Shown: one piece after another, positions 35,699 to 49,293 of the stretch
Numbering within the stretch: position 1 is the stretch's first letter
Layout: each line of letters starts with the position of its first letter
Assembly (NCBI GenBank): GCA_020137815.1
Contig: CM035362.1
Coordinates: forward strand, 2,728,001-2,792,000
Source of the DNA: Hormiphora californensis
Lineage: Eukaryota; Animalia; Ctenophora
DNA length: 64,000 nucleotides
Reading direction: 5' to 3'
Position numbers and translations under genes: made by a program
The notes under the pieces: model-generated
Seen by the model: only the letters and a program-made list of their open reading frames with translations
The model's database searches: none
What the model was told of the DNA's origin: nothing

Positions 35699-35807
35699 CA
35701 GGAACCGACCGACACAAGTAAACAACCAATCAGAACTCATTATTTAGGTCACGTGACTGGTTATCAGCCAATCAGGGACCAGTATTTCCTGATTCGGTCG
35801 GTTCCTG
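35699..35807 (-). mobile_element. hAT-type MITE family A, copy 8
   Basis: TSD CTGCTTTT. Confidence 0.9.
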
Positions 35808-35861
35808 CTGCTTTTCTACTGGTGCTTTTAAAGATTGATTGATTTCGCTATCAGCAGATAA

Positions 35862-38057
35862 TCATGATAATATACTGGCTTCTAACCTTCGGCTGCGAAT
35901 ACTTCCAGTACCAATTGAAACAGGTGTGAGTCTTGGTAGTAGACTTGGGGTGTATTTTAGTGGTTCTTGGCTGCTTTTCAGGGGAGTTCCGACGGGATTA
36001 AATGAGTAACTTTTGGGTTCCAATGCTATGTACTTCTTGGCATTCTTTTTTCGTCGCTCCGCGTCTTCCTTCTTACGGTCCGGCAAAACTGACCTGAGGA
36101 CAAACTAAACTTAGTATGTAAATAGTAGTATTAATATATTAAGCCAAAAACTAATTGGAATTAGTTGGCGGGAAAGGTGGCCCACTTACACCTTTTGCTG
36201 CTACCGGGTACCACGAACTGTCATTCTCTTCACGTCACGTCGGTATCTCAATCTCTCTCTCACCCTTTCTCTTTCTCTATTTCACTCACCTCGTATATCC
36301 CTGATACATTTTAAAATAAAACCCGGCATCAGGCAAAGGTGTAAGTGGGCCACCTTTCCCGCCAACTAATTCCAATTAGTTTTTGGCTTAATTTAGGTCC
36401 CTTTTTGGTTTCTAATGTCAGTATGACATTATTTCATGATGTAAAATTGTCAAAATGATGTGTTATATGAGAAACGAGACGAATTTCTGTGAAAATCGTA
36501 ATTTTGACGTCATTATGACGTCATCTGACGTAATTAGTGACGTCGTAACGACGTAATTGCATCACAATATATTTTGAATGAATACCCTGAAGGAGCTTGT
36601 AAAGTATCATTGACCACAGTGGTCAGGAAAGGGAGTTTTTGCTCGAAAAACGTTCATTTTACTGAATTTTTCTTCAAATTTTTGACTTCCGACGCGATTT
36701 AAGGGCTCAAAATGATAAGCTACGAAAATTCGCAATATAGTAATTGAAAGTTCAGACAATTTGCCGGTAACGATTTTCCATCAAATCAGAAATCGGAACA
36801 CGTCTTCAGGGTGCTAGAGGCGTTTGAAAAAAGTTAGTCGATCTCGCGCAATGACGTCATTCGTGACGTCATTGCGCGTGTCATAGGTAAGATTGAGAGT
36901 CGCCACCCAAATGGGTACATGCACGAGACAATTATCTGTCGAATGCCGCTTGGTTTAAGGTCGTACGATGTCTGGTTCGTCTCAAACTGGGACCAAACGG
37001 AAGGTAATAAAGCGTCTATACATCTATCTATCTATCAACCTAGTTATCCCCACACTGAATTTTCTGTTTTGGGGGTGGTGTTATAACTTTTGAACAAAAT
37101 GAGCTAGCCACATGAAATTTTTACCATCGATAGATGTCTACAAGAAGCTTCTGAGTACAAAATTTCAGCTTCCTAGCTCATCCGGTTCCGGAGTTATGGC
37201 GTGTCAAAAAGTGCCAAAATGGGCTAAAAGTATGAAATAACTATATATACGCTGTGAGCAAGCGGGCCGTTTTTTGGGGGAATATTTTTCGGGGGGTTGG
37301 ATGGGGCCACCTTTGCGCTTGCCAGCGCAGTGATAGAAGTAAATAGTTGTAATTAGTATGATTCTGGTTACAGTGCTTGACAGGTTTTACACTGGTTTTA
37401 CACTGGTTTTACACTGGAGCTTGAACGATGATATCGTTTTCATTCGAGTTTATAATTTCAATAGAGTTGTCCTAATCCCAGTTTTAGATTATCTAGTAGC
37501 TATATTCCTGACAAAGTGCAACACCCAATACTAGACCAGTTCCTATATACCTGTAAACAATTATACCTCATTTACCTATCGAGAGCTTGGAATGGTGTTC
37601 GAGTTGGGGCCTCCTTTCCCTCACCACCACCACCACCACTACTCTCCATCCCGCTCTCAGCAGGCGCTACCTCTACCTTCTTCTTCTGATCCCCACACCC
37701 ACACCGAGGCAGGAGCTGCTGCAGTAATCTGCACGTGCAGCATACACGTGAAGGAGGAGGAGGACCACTGGTGCTGCAGACACAGGGTGCTCTGGCAGGT
37801 GGTGGCATGGTGCCAGGTGGCATACAGTTTGGTGGCATGGTGCCAGGTTGTGTACAACTTGTTGGCATCATGCCAGGTGGTCCAGGGTGTTGTTGTGGTG
37901 GTGGACCGTGGCCGGCTGGTGGCTGAGCACCACGATAGAGTGGGGCTACATTCCCAGCCGTTACAGTTGGAATACTGTGCTCCCGGGCCTTTTCAATAAA
38001 GGATTTTGCTATTTCTTGATCCTCAAAATCGGCGACTATACTATCCTCCAACGACAT
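35862..38057 (-). CDS. Two-exon hypothetical protein (~238 aa, Pro/Cys-rich then Lys/Arg-rich)
   Basis: ATG 38057; exon ends at 37576 (AG|GTAA) and is phase-compatible with acceptor CCTCAG at 36093, running to stop 35862; no recognised domain. Confidence 0.5.
36143..36387. mobile_element. Foldback MITE with ~55-bp TIRs, flanked by TTAA
   Basis: GCCAAAAACTAATTGGAATTAGTTGGCGGGAAAGGTGGCCCACTTACACCTTT and its exact reverse complement. Confidence 0.8.
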
Positions 38058-38426
38058 TCACGCATACCAAAATATGGACGGACGGAAGGCTAAATAAGGA
38101 AGATAATAATGTGCATGGTTCGGGTGATAGGACTCTTAAGATAAGAGAAGACCCAAAAAAGTCTATAGATGGTGATTGACCGACGTCTCACGACATATTA
38201 ATCCGAACCATATGTTGTCAGACATTGAACACAAGAGTTTTAACAGATTTCGGGTTGCAAATGCAGCATGTAAGGGCGGAATCACACCAAGATCTTCGAA
38301 AGAATTGTTTCGACGCACCAAACCCAATCACACTGAAAAGTTTGGTTGGTTCTTCACAGCAGGCGTTCAGTTGTTGTGAACGCCTGCTGTGCGCGGCGCA
38401 TTGGCACGTGCATCTTGGGCGCTGGC

Positions 38427-39073
38427 AGGTGCAATGTAAACAACAATTTAGTGCGAGGTGCAATGTAAACAACAATTTAGTGCGAGGTGCAATGTAAACA
38501 ACAATTTAGTGCGAGGTGCAATGTAAACAACAATTTAGTGCGAGGTGCAATGTAAACAACAATTTAGTGCGAGGTGCAATGTAAACAACAATTTAGTGCG
38601 AGGTGCAATGTAAACAACAATTTAGTGCGAGGTGCAATGTAAACAACAATTTAGTGCGAGGTGCAATGTAAACAACAATTTAGTGCGAGGTGCAATGTAA
38701 ACAACAATTTAGTGCGAGGTGCAATGTAAACAACAATTTAGTGCGAGGTGCAATGTAAACAACAATTTAGTGCGAGGTGCAATGTAAACAACAATTTAGT
38801 GCGAGGTGCAATGTAAACAACAATTTAGTGCGAGGTGCAATGTAAACAACAATTTAGTGCGAGGTGCAATGTAAACAACAATTTAGTGCGAGGTGCAATG
38901 TAAACAACAATTTAGTGCGAGGTGCAATGTAAACAACAATTTAGTGCGAGGTGCAATGTAAACAACAATTTAGTGCGAGGTGCAATGTAAACAACAATTT
39001 AGTGCGAGGTGCAATGTAAACAACAATTTAGTGCGAGGTGCAATGTAAACAACAATTTAGTGCGAGGTGCAAT
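38427..39073. repeat. 29-bp satellite (AGGTGCAATGTAAACAACAATTTAGTGCG), ~22 identical copies
   Basis: Perfect tandem array, no spacers. Confidence 0.97.
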
Positions 39074-39380
39074 TTGACTGCTGAGTTGACACAGTACCTA
39101 CTGCATCAGTGCATCGCAATAGAAAATACACATAACACTGTTATATCATGATATTTATATCTCTTTCATAATTCATAAAGCACAGTGCGGTGTTGCCATA
39201 AATTAGTTGATATAAAAACGATTACCACAAATAATTACAGTGGCTGACCTATTAGAATAAAAACGATCAAAACTAATGGGAAAGGGCGTCAAAATGGTAG
39301 ATATATGAGATATTCACAATACTGTACAACAATCACATTACACTGCCCGTGATCAACTGACACAATATAGACACCGGGAC

Positions 39381-39520
<140 letters not shown>

Positions 39521-40535
39521 AGAGAGAGCAGATCGAAGAGTAGTATAAGATGAGCGATAGAGTAGAGAGTACAGAGAAGTAGATACGAAAGATGAACAAA
39601 AGCAGAAGACTCAGTAACAGACTAAAAAGGTTATAAAATGTTAGAGCAAAGAAACTAATTGAATAGTTCGCAGAAAGGTGGCCATTGAATACTATCAATT
39701 CCGACCTTGATGAAGGATGATTGATTTTACCTGGTTAAACCAGTAAAAATTATGGGGCAATGAAAAAAATAAAGGGGAAATGAATTTACCCCCAAATTTT
39801 TTAAAACCCCTTCTTTCCCCCATAAATTTGTTTAAAAAACAGAACCCCAAATAAAATCCCTTTAAAAAACGAAAAACAGGGGAAAATAAAAAATTTAAAT
39901 TTTGGGATTTTAAACCAAAGAAAAATAATTTTGCCCGGTCAATGAAAATATAGAACCAAAAAAAAAAAGGAAAGAAAGAAGGAGGGAGAGAGAGAAGAGA
40001 GAAGAGAGAAGAAAGAGAGAGAGGGAAAGAAAAAGAAAGGGAAGAAGAAAAGGGGGAAAGAGAGAAAAAAAAAAAAAAAAAAGAAAAAGAGAAAGGGGGG
40101 GGGGGGGGGGGTTTTTTTTCCCCCCTTTTTCAAAACTAAACAAACCCCTCTTTCCCTTTTTCCCCCCAAAATGGGGGGGGGCCCCGTTTTGGACCATAAC
40201 TACAACACCGGACAATTTTCGAAGTTTTCAATTTGGACCCTGAGTTTTTTTTGGGAAGGAATTTCTTTACAGTAGGTTTTTGTTATCCTCGAATAAATTT
40301 TAAGACCGCGTCCCAAAAGGGGGGAAAACTGTGGTTCGCCCTCAGGTAGAATTAACTATGATGGCTATGCAGAGCTGACCACTCTTGCAGGCAATAGATG
40401 ACGGGATACATGAGCTGGGTGTTGGATGAAACAAACAACAAAGCAAAAGAACTTTTGAGTAAGCAATTCTAACCCTACAACAGAACGCGATGAGAGAGGG
40501 TTGAGCAAGGCAGTGAGTAGATCTACTTGTTTTGT

Positions 40536-40604
40536 CTGTCAGAGCATTGGCCTGACCCTATTCTCTCAAGCGCGAGAACTGTGGTCAAAGCATTGGTCTG
40601 ACAG
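40536..40604 (+). repeat. ~70-bp dispersed repeat (family C), best-preserved copy
   Basis: CTGTCAGAGCATTGGCCTGAC..GCGCGAGAACTGTGGTCAAAGCATTGGTCTGACAG; related copies near 11480, 25200, 31721, 32143, 47523, 57924, 62852. Confidence 0.7.
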
Positions 40605-41185
40605 TGTTTTGTACAAATATATATCATTGACATCTAGCTATTATCTATAACATATCATTTCTTATAGTCGCCAGTCTATCGCCATTACAAAATCCGGAAT
40701 AGATGCTATCATGAGTATATGTTTTTCAGTGAACTGCTGTATTTTCAGGTATAATTGGTAGTCATATCTAGATTTATGACTGTCTTAAATTTAAGACGAT
40801 TTTAAAAATCCTAGAAAGAAGCGATTCAGAGTCTAAATTAACATTGAATCAGATTTATTTTATAAAATTAGGTTTATTGCCGCATTTTCAGTTATAATTG
40901 GTAGTCATATCTAGAGTTATGACTGAGAAATCACTGAGAAAAGAGCGAATTAGCACCTAAAATCTGATTATCAATGCTTAACCGTGATCATTATCCGTGA
41001 CTAATAATCAAAATCATAGAACAATCGCGGAGAACTAATCGCGAATATATCAAATGCTGATAACTAATAAATTATAATAGTAATCGCGGATAACTAACCA
41101 CGATAACTTATCGCGAATAAGTAATATAATAGTAACCAATCGCAGATAGCATATATTTGCAGATAGCTAATCGCGATAGCTTATA

Positions 41186-41342
41186 CAGTCGGACCCCGAT
41201 TTAGGGGCCCCCGATTTAGGGACAGGATTTTTTCCCCCGATATATAGGAAATTAACCTTATTTGACCCCGATTTAGTGGACACCCCGATTTAGTGGACAA
41301 GAGCCTTTCCCCCGAGGGTGTCCCTAAATCGGGGTTCGACTG
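41186..41342. mobile_element. Tc1/mariner/pogo-type MITE (family D)
   Basis: TIR CAGTCGGACCCCGATTTAG; TA TSD. Confidence 0.85.
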
Positions 41343-41385
41343 TAATACTTATAACGGATTCGTGATCAGCTATCCGCGATTGGTT

Positions 41386-42213
41386 GGGTGTGCTATTTTT
41401 TCAAATGCCTAATTTAATTCAAAATTTCACTTGGTATCGGGTTAAATGAGCTCCTACGATCATTCTAAAACATTTTATCACAAAGTTTTGGCTCTACCAT
41501 GGCCCAATTACGTTGGCACGAGCTATGCCCATATATGGGCATATTCATTTCAAAAAGTCTGTTTTAGGGCGTTGTTTCGAACAAAACACACATAGCAATC
41601 GTCTCGTGACAACTTATACAACTGTTACTTTGAGTTTGAGCCTTCAGAAATCCACTTTATGAACAAAAATAAAAAATTTTCTCCCTTTTTTTCTTGCTAA
41701 TTTTACCAACTTGCAGAATCGTGGGGACGAATTTTAATTTTTTTAGTTTTTTTCTTGGTGGAAAGCAAATTTCGGTTGTAATCGACTAATTTTGGCCTGC
41801 GGAACACGATCCCGTTCACGAAAAAGCTCTCAAAATTGAAGAACATGTCCAAAATGAACATTTTTTGTCAAAAATGAACATTTTTTTGTCAAAAATGAAC
41901 ATTTTTAGGTCAAAAATGAACTTTAGCATTATTTAATGATGCATATCAATTCTGTCAGTTTCGAGGTGCTGAACACAACCCTGACCATAAAAAGTTTATA
42001 TCAAGAACATGTCCAAAACTGGTGAAAACCACACATATTTTCCTGTTTTTACCATTTTTCGGTTAAAAATTACACTTTTTAAATCGCGATGCCAACGTAA
42101 CTGACAAACACTATCCAGATTCTGTTTTGCTGATGTGATAGAGAATTGTCCATAGTTTCACATTAGCTAGATACTGAATGGCCTAGTCGAAAAAAATTTG
42201 AAATAGCACACCC
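41386..42213. mobile_element. Non-autonomous TIR element
   Basis: GGGTGTGCTATTT / AAATAGCACACCC termini; flanks GATTGGTT / TATTGGTT (8 bp, 1 mismatch). Confidence 0.7.
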
Positions 42214-42410
42214 TATTGGTTATCCGTGATTACTATAATGATAATATATTAGATATTCGCAATTGATATTCGCAATTGGATTTCTGCGATTATTATGAGG
42301 CTACCTACGATTGAAAAAGTCCGTGAATCCCAAATCGTTTAATCGCGTTTATTAAATTCAGCTAGTATTACAAAATGCATGTCGTAGTATGTATAACAAA
42401 ATGCCTGATA

Positions 42411-42806
42411 CTAGATCCAAAAACCAAACAAGTTTGGTGGATAGCCGGGGCCGCAGAAATTAAAAAACGTGCGAAAGTTTTGATACATGAACTTTCGGGG
42501 CCTGGGGCATACTATTATTCTGTAAAACAGACTCTGAAACGACCCAATGGCCACTGTGCGCAGTACATTATATGTGACATGTGTTGATCTGTATGTTTGA
42601 TAATGCGGAATAAAAAATAATGATCATAATTTGATCATTGCGATAGTTTCCTAGCGTATAGTTTGAAAATGTTGCTGGTTATAATCATGGAAACGCGAAT
42701 TTAACAGCACCCCAGGCCCCGAAAGTTCATGTATCAAAACTTTCGCACGTTTTTTAATTTCTGCGGCCCCGGCTATCCACCAAACTTGTTTGGTTTTTGG
42801 ATCTAG
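42411..42806. mobile_element. Foldback element with ~97-bp perfect inverted repeats
   Basis: 42411-42507 is the reverse complement of 42710-42806. Confidence 0.8.
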
Positions 42807-43981
42807 TCATGAGTATATGTTTTTCAGTGAACCTATAAATTATTAAAGCCAAACTATAAGATAAAACGTAGAAGTAACTAACTAGCCACGTAGGTTTGAC
42901 TACTATACCCACGCGCCTCTGGCCTCTGTTTGGAAGCCAGTAGTGGGTTTTACGCAAAGGATACGCAAGAAAATACGCAAATTGCGTATCCCTTGCGTAT
43001 TTTCTCCGTATTTCTTGAATCTTGCGTGTTCTTTGCGTATTACTTGCGTAATCCTTGCGTATTCTATGCGTATTCCTTGCATAGGGAGGGTTTGGGTTTG
43101 GAAGGGTTACTCCGGAACTTATTAACTTATTAACTTAACTTATTACTATTAAACCAATATATATTTCTAATCGTGTGTGTATATAGCTAACATGACGTAT
43201 TTTTATACTACATTTTTACACTTTATCTAAATTTAAGACGTAAAGCACTCATGCCTTGGGCATCTATTTTAATAGAGAGTCTTTCGGGTTTTGTATGAAG
43301 TATCAATGTATCTTTATATTTTACCTCTTTCAAATCAAATCATTATGCTCTAAAGTAAACAATGCTAAAGTCCATTTTTATTCAACTGTTCACCCCTCAA
43401 CTCGTGCGCGTGCGATATTTTAATTTACGCTGCGCGCGCTACACGTTAACATGTGATAAACGCACAAAAAAAATCCGCACACGACTTTGGGGGGTGAACA
43501 GTTGAAAAAAAATGGAGTATACTGTCGATAGCCATCATTAACGGTCGAAATGTTGTTTGCTGTTCTCTCTCTCTATCTCCCTCTCTCCCTCTCTCCCTCT
43601 CTCTCCTCTACAGAAGGAAAAGAATCACAGGCTCGACAACTAAAATTCTGCTTATTTTAGATTTCTGATATGGGGGCCCCCGGCAGCTTCGTTCAATTCG
43701 CGATTTTGCGAAATAATAATCGCACCTTTCCAATAGAGAAATCCCCATTGGTCTCACCTTCAACAACATTTCGAGCCGGGGCTTTCTCTTTAATTACTGC
43801 TTCATGTATGTAACAATATAATCCCTTGCAGCTAGGGAGTGGCAACGATGTGGTTACTCCTCCACAGTTTATCCGTGCACTCAGGTTCTGCAATGTTACG
43901 TTTCAATAGGGGTAGAACAGAGTTGCTATGGATAGCAACTCTGTTTTGTTTGGTTAACTTCGTCACCAAATATACCGGGCC

Positions 43982-45311
43982 CTTACACCCTTGCTCCAAT
44001 ATGGGCAGAGTTCGGGCTTCGGCAAAATTTAGGCAGTTGCTATGGTAATCAAAGCAGTTACTATGATAACCAAGGCAGCTGCTTAGAAGACCCTAGTTAG
44101 TTACCAAGTGCTTCAACTTTACCCTTATCCAGTCACTTGCAATTGTGTGATAGAATAGTTTCATGCTTGGAAGACTTGCTACCACGTCATGGTAGTCCGA
44201 GTACCATATGACGTGGTAGCAAGTCTTTCAAGCATGAAACTATTCTATCACACAATTGCAAGTGAAACCATTGGTACGGCTGTTATAGGGTACTCAAAGT
44301 GATTTCAGGTGATAGTGGAAAGTGTTACCAGTGAGTAATTGTGCGCCACAATGCGTGTTAATAATTTCCTTTGTTGCATCAACCATTTCAAGTTTGGGTT
44401 GAAAGATTTATGAAGGAGCAGACTTTGTTATGTACTATGTGTAACGGTGTACAGACGGACACTTTTAGTTAATAGAGGGGGGTATAGGAGCACCGGGAGG
44501 TAATGAGTAAACACACACACACACACACGCATTGAGCAAATGAGCAAGCTCAATGTTTAGCTATTCACCGGCTGGGTATAGGGCTACAAGGATTGTTTCT
44601 ATCCGGATTTACCAGTATAAGAGGTACTGAAAACCACTACTAGTGGTTGGGAGTAATGGCCGAGTGTTATGAGAGCTAAGTGGACCCCCGGTTACAGGCA
44701 ATGTTAACGGGGAGCGAAGCTTAGACGGTCCAGCTGTGATCCACCCAACCTTTTAAACTCGTATATCCGAATGAACTTGACACATGTGGGCAATAGCGAT
44801 CCTACTATATCTTACCAGTACCTCAGCCCTATTATACCCAGCCGGTGAATAGCTAAACATTGAGCTTGCTCAATGCGTGTGTGTGTGTTTACTCACTTTT
44901 AGTTAACCCCCAAAATTGCTGATTTCTAAACCCCGTATGATCTTTTTAGGACTTGCGTGAAATAATAATAAAATGTGAATTAGGCACAAACATTGACCAT
45001 TAAATCAATTCGGTTCTCTAACACAGTTTGAGTTAATTCCCTTTAGCGACGGATTAGCCGACATGTATGATAGCAGCATAGGATCTGTGCTATTTTTCCT
45101 AACTCCAAATTTAAATCATATTTTCACTCCTATATAGGACTTGGCTGGCTTGAGTGAGATAGAGATATCTGATATGAGTGATACATGAATCCGTCTTCCT
45201 CCGCACTCGTCACCTCGCTAATCGCTGCGTAATTCTGCCGCGTAATTCGGCCTAAAAGGCGTATTTCAGCCTAAATTTTGCCGAATTCTGCCCATGGAAC
45301 AAGGGTGTAAG
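43982..45311. mobile_element. TIR element containing two nested foldbacks (44134-44265 and 44505-44894)
   Basis: CTTACACCCTTG..GGGCAGA..CGGCAAAATTTAGGC termini in inverted orientation; internal near-perfect hairpins. Confidence 0.65.
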
Positions 45312-45669
45312 CCTCCCTTTGCACACAGACACACACATAATGAACAAATCGCGGTAAGGTAGTCAAATTGGGCTTGTTCCATGATGCTGTGTGCAGAGAC
45401 TCTGTAGCAGAGTGTAGCTAATAAATTGATTAAACACATACAAATGAGTAGCTATCAGCACGTGATCACGTCGCGGCAGCTACTCATTTCTTTGTCTGTT
45501 TTCTTTCCCTTACTAGCTCCCCAAATTGTTCTACACAGTACACACCAAACAGTAAGTTAACCCGGTATAATAAATGCGCTCTAGTAACTTTTGTTCAATA
45601 CACATCTTGAATCTTGAATCTTGAATCTCTGCTCCCGCTGTATGAAGTGCACTATTGAAACCTATTGTA

Positions 45670-47452
45670 CAGTCGGACCCCGATTTAGTGGCCCCCGATT
45701 TAGTGGCACCCCGATTTAGTAGCAGGATTTTTTTCCCCCAAAAATTTTTTGAATTTTTTTGTGAAATTTAAAAAAAAAATTTCAAAGGAATAACAACCAC
45801 GTCCGAATCGTGTTTCGAATCAGTGAATCTTATCGCATGTCCTGCTGCTAATTAGACGGTTCGGAACGAACCGATACGTGATCCCCATGGGGCCATTGAA
45901 TCATAAGTTCACCGAGCGTCAAAATTTCGATTCGATGGGGATCACGTTTCGATTCGTTCCGAACCGTCTAATTAGCAGCAGGACATGCGATAAGATGCAC
46001 CGATTCAAAACACGATTCGGACGTGGCTTGTATACCTTTAAAAAAATTTAAAACTTTTTTTTGCAAAATTTTACAGTACGATTGTCGGCAGGTCGGTAGA
46101 ACTTCGACAGAATTTAGGGCAGGTCAATTTAGGGCAGGTCTGAATTTAGGGCAGGTCTGAATACTCAGAGTGACTGAATGATCTTATGATGGTTGAGAGT
46201 GAGTTAGGAGGATACAAATTTCTCCGGCACCTTAATTCCAATGGTTCTGAAATTTTGACACAATGTTGTTGAGCTTATGCCAGATATGTGTACAGAGTTT
46301 CAAGTCCAAAACTGCAGAAATTCATTAATGAACCTAAATTCCTGTTTTTAAGCCAATGCAGGTGTTCTCTATTCCATGTATTTTCGTTTTCCAGGAACCT
46401 CTTTGCACTCCACGCTGGATATGTGATACTGGGTACAACAGAGGGCATTGGAGACCAATTGCAATCTTGCTAACAAGATTTTGTCACACCCTGGTTACGT
46501 TTCTTGTTGCTTGCATGGAGGTCACATGACGCTTGTTGTTACCAATCAGTATAAACATTAGCAAGCTTTCGATTTACTAATGTCTCAACTAACGGTTTGT
46601 CAATGAACTATCGGTTAAATGTAAATTTATGCCGTTATTAACGAAAAATTGGAGAAAAATCGAAAATTCTCTCCTCTCAAGCTCATATCTCGCTCCCTGG
46701 TCACCTCTTTCTCAGATCACGCGGTCCACGCCAGCCTAGGCTGACGTGGCAGCTTCTCCTCTCGGCACGTCGCACAATCCCCTGTTCGTGGCTTCTCGCT
46801 ATTCCTACTCATCTAAAACATTGACCCAAATTCTTATCTTCTAATATCTCTCCATAACTATTGTAACAAGTAAATAATATTAAATTGACCTGCCCTAAAT
46901 TCCGACCTGCCCTAAATTCAGACCTGCCCTAAATTCAGACCCGCCCTAAATTCAGAGCTGCCCTAAATTCAGACCTGCCCTAAATTCTGTCGAAGTTTTA
47001 CCGACCTGCCCGATTGTCAATGCTTTGATCGGTGCTCCCCATAAATTTTGAGAGAAAAAGTTATTTTGAAATTTTGATACTTCCTCACCCGCTTAGGGTA
47101 CCTCGATTCGGCATGGTATCACGTATCGGTTCGTTTCGAACCCGCTAATTAGATAGGACATCCAGGAAGCTGCACCGATTCGAAACACAAATCGGACGGG
47201 CTGGTATAACTTAGACAATTTTTCACAACTTTTTTGAAAAAGTTATTTGATAGTTTTCTATTTCTAATCAGAAATGATCATGTCATCAATACATGAATAT
47301 TGCATATAACAGTTAGAGGTGTCTTAGTATAGCATTTTGGGCATAAAATAGGTTTTTATGGGCCAAATATGGCTCACCCTGATTTAGTGGCACCCCGATT
47401 TAGTGGCGGGATTTCTTTCCCCCGAGGATGCCACTAAATCGGGGTCCGACTG
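45670..47452. mobile_element. Long family-D Tc1/pogo-type non-autonomous element, interrupted by a Merlin-like element
   Basis: TIR CAGTCGGACCCCGATTTAGTGGC; TA TSD. Confidence 0.85.
46087..47010. mobile_element. Merlin-like non-autonomous element (family E), copy 1
   Basis: TIR GGCAGGTCGGTAGAACTTCGACAGAATTTAGGGCAGGTC with 17-bp subterminal repeats; 8-bp TSD CGATTGTC. Confidence 0.8.
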
Positions 47453-47701
47453 TATCAGGCTTTGTCAAAATAGTAGTTTTCGCTACTACATTTGCCCCCG
47501 CTTTTTCGCTATGGACGTCATAGCCACAGTTCTCGCGTGCTCCACAATGAGAATAGGGTCAGGCCAGTGCTCTGACAGACCCTACTAGTAGAGGCAATAA
47601 GCACACTCGCCCTCCGAGATTTCTGTGAAACTTCTCCCATACTAAAGGGTGGTATTGGAGGTTAGAATACCGCTGAGTCTAAATCTGGAAAATTTTGGGT
47701 A

Positions 47702-49293
47702 GGGTAAGCTGGGGCAAAAGTGGCCCATTTTTAACGTTTTAGGTTCTAAAATACGCAATTTATACAGAAAAAAAATATATAGGCTATCCAATGAAACCTT
47801 TTCCTTTCAGCCGAGCTAAATTTTAAAATCTACAAGACACAAGTTAATTAATCAATTAAAACAATTTGGTGAAGCTTTTTTTGGAAATTTGCACCGGGGC
47901 AAAGTGGCCCAAGCCAATAGCATTGCTCGATTTTATCACATGCCTGCTGTGTCAGGGGCAGATGGCCCATGTTCTGCACCGGAACATGGGCCAATTTGCC
48001 CCTAATTTGACCGTCTGGACTACATTTTTGTTCTGGACCACTTTGCCCCAGTGCATTCCAATGTCACGTGGTATTGTAGGACTAGAGGTGGACCACTTTG
48101 CCCCAGAGTGGACCACTTTGCCCCGGAGAGTGGGCCATATTTGCCCCGATTTCACAAAATTGATAATTAAGACAAAAAATTGCCAATTTCTTCAAAATTT
48201 TTATATGTATGTACCACGTTTTAGAGAATTATAATGCCTAACTGTTGTATCGGTTTTTATTAAGCATTTTTTTGAGGGTTTGAAGCACGAGTGGACAGAG
48301 TGTGAAGCAGTGTGGATTTTGTATACCTAGGATACTTTTTGGACAGTTTATCATTTTATGTCAGTTATTTTCTTCAGTTTTTTTCCCACGATATGTGAGC
48401 CGTTGTTAGTCAGTTATGTTCCATTATGGTCTTGATATAGTAAATTTTTCCCTAGCTTTGTATCCCGCTCTGATTGTCTTTCAGTGGCAGCAGTTATCCT
48501 TTGATCTGTTGCCCCTGGAGGGTATGGGCGGAATATAAGCACGTCTATTATTATTAATTGCCGATCTTCGACCTACGCGTCAAAATCGTGATATTATTGC
48601 TGGCTTAGATCGGACCACCCTTGTGGACACGAGTAACAGTCACAAGTGCTCCTCTACTTTGCGCGATAGCTTCTTCCATAGGGTCACCAGGTCCTGGAAT
48701 TTGCTACCGTACGAACTTCGACAGAGTGACACGTTGCCCATCTTCCTGACTGGGCTCAAGAGCTACCTTTTCAGTGATATTGATATCGACAATATTCTAT
48801 AATTATTCCATCACCTTCACCTTCTCACTTCATGAATGTTCCAATTGCTCACCGCTGCCACTGCTGCGGGACGCCCCTCTCCCCGTGGCTCCCCCTCTCT
48901 AACTGTTAATCTAGTCTAGCAGCAACAACGATATATTTTTAACTTATTTACCTGTAAAACTTAGCTACATCTAGAGGGGCTTCTTAAGTGCGGGATTCCT
49001 GTGTGAAGCCCTCAGACGCACGGTGTGTGATATTATTTGATATTTAAAAATGCGAATTGTTTCCGTGATCGTTTGAAACTTCTTCCAAAAAAAAATTATT
49101 ATTATTAACAGGCAGTTTTTGCAAAATTCAAATCGGCCAACCCAAACAGAAATGACAGCAGTTTTAAAATTCGGAACAGAACGAGCAGGTCTCCGCTGGA
49201 GAAAAAGTCACGTGACCACATGTTATTACTAGGGCCACTTTGCCCCATACATGGGCCACATTACCCCGCTGGGCAATTTGCCCCAGCTTACCC
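47702..49293. mobile_element. TA-flanked TIR element carrying two nested LINE 3' fragments
   Basis: TIR GGGTAAGCTGGGGCAAA; internal CCACTTTGCCCC repeats. Confidence 0.75.
48558..49108 (+). mobile_element. CR1/L2-group LINE 3' fragment
   Basis: RDSFFHRVTRSWNLLPYELRQSDTLPIFLTGLKSYLF..* (stop 48800-48802), 3' UTR and A/(ATT)n tail; directly follows the tail of another L2-like UTR (~48270-48557). Confidence 0.7.
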
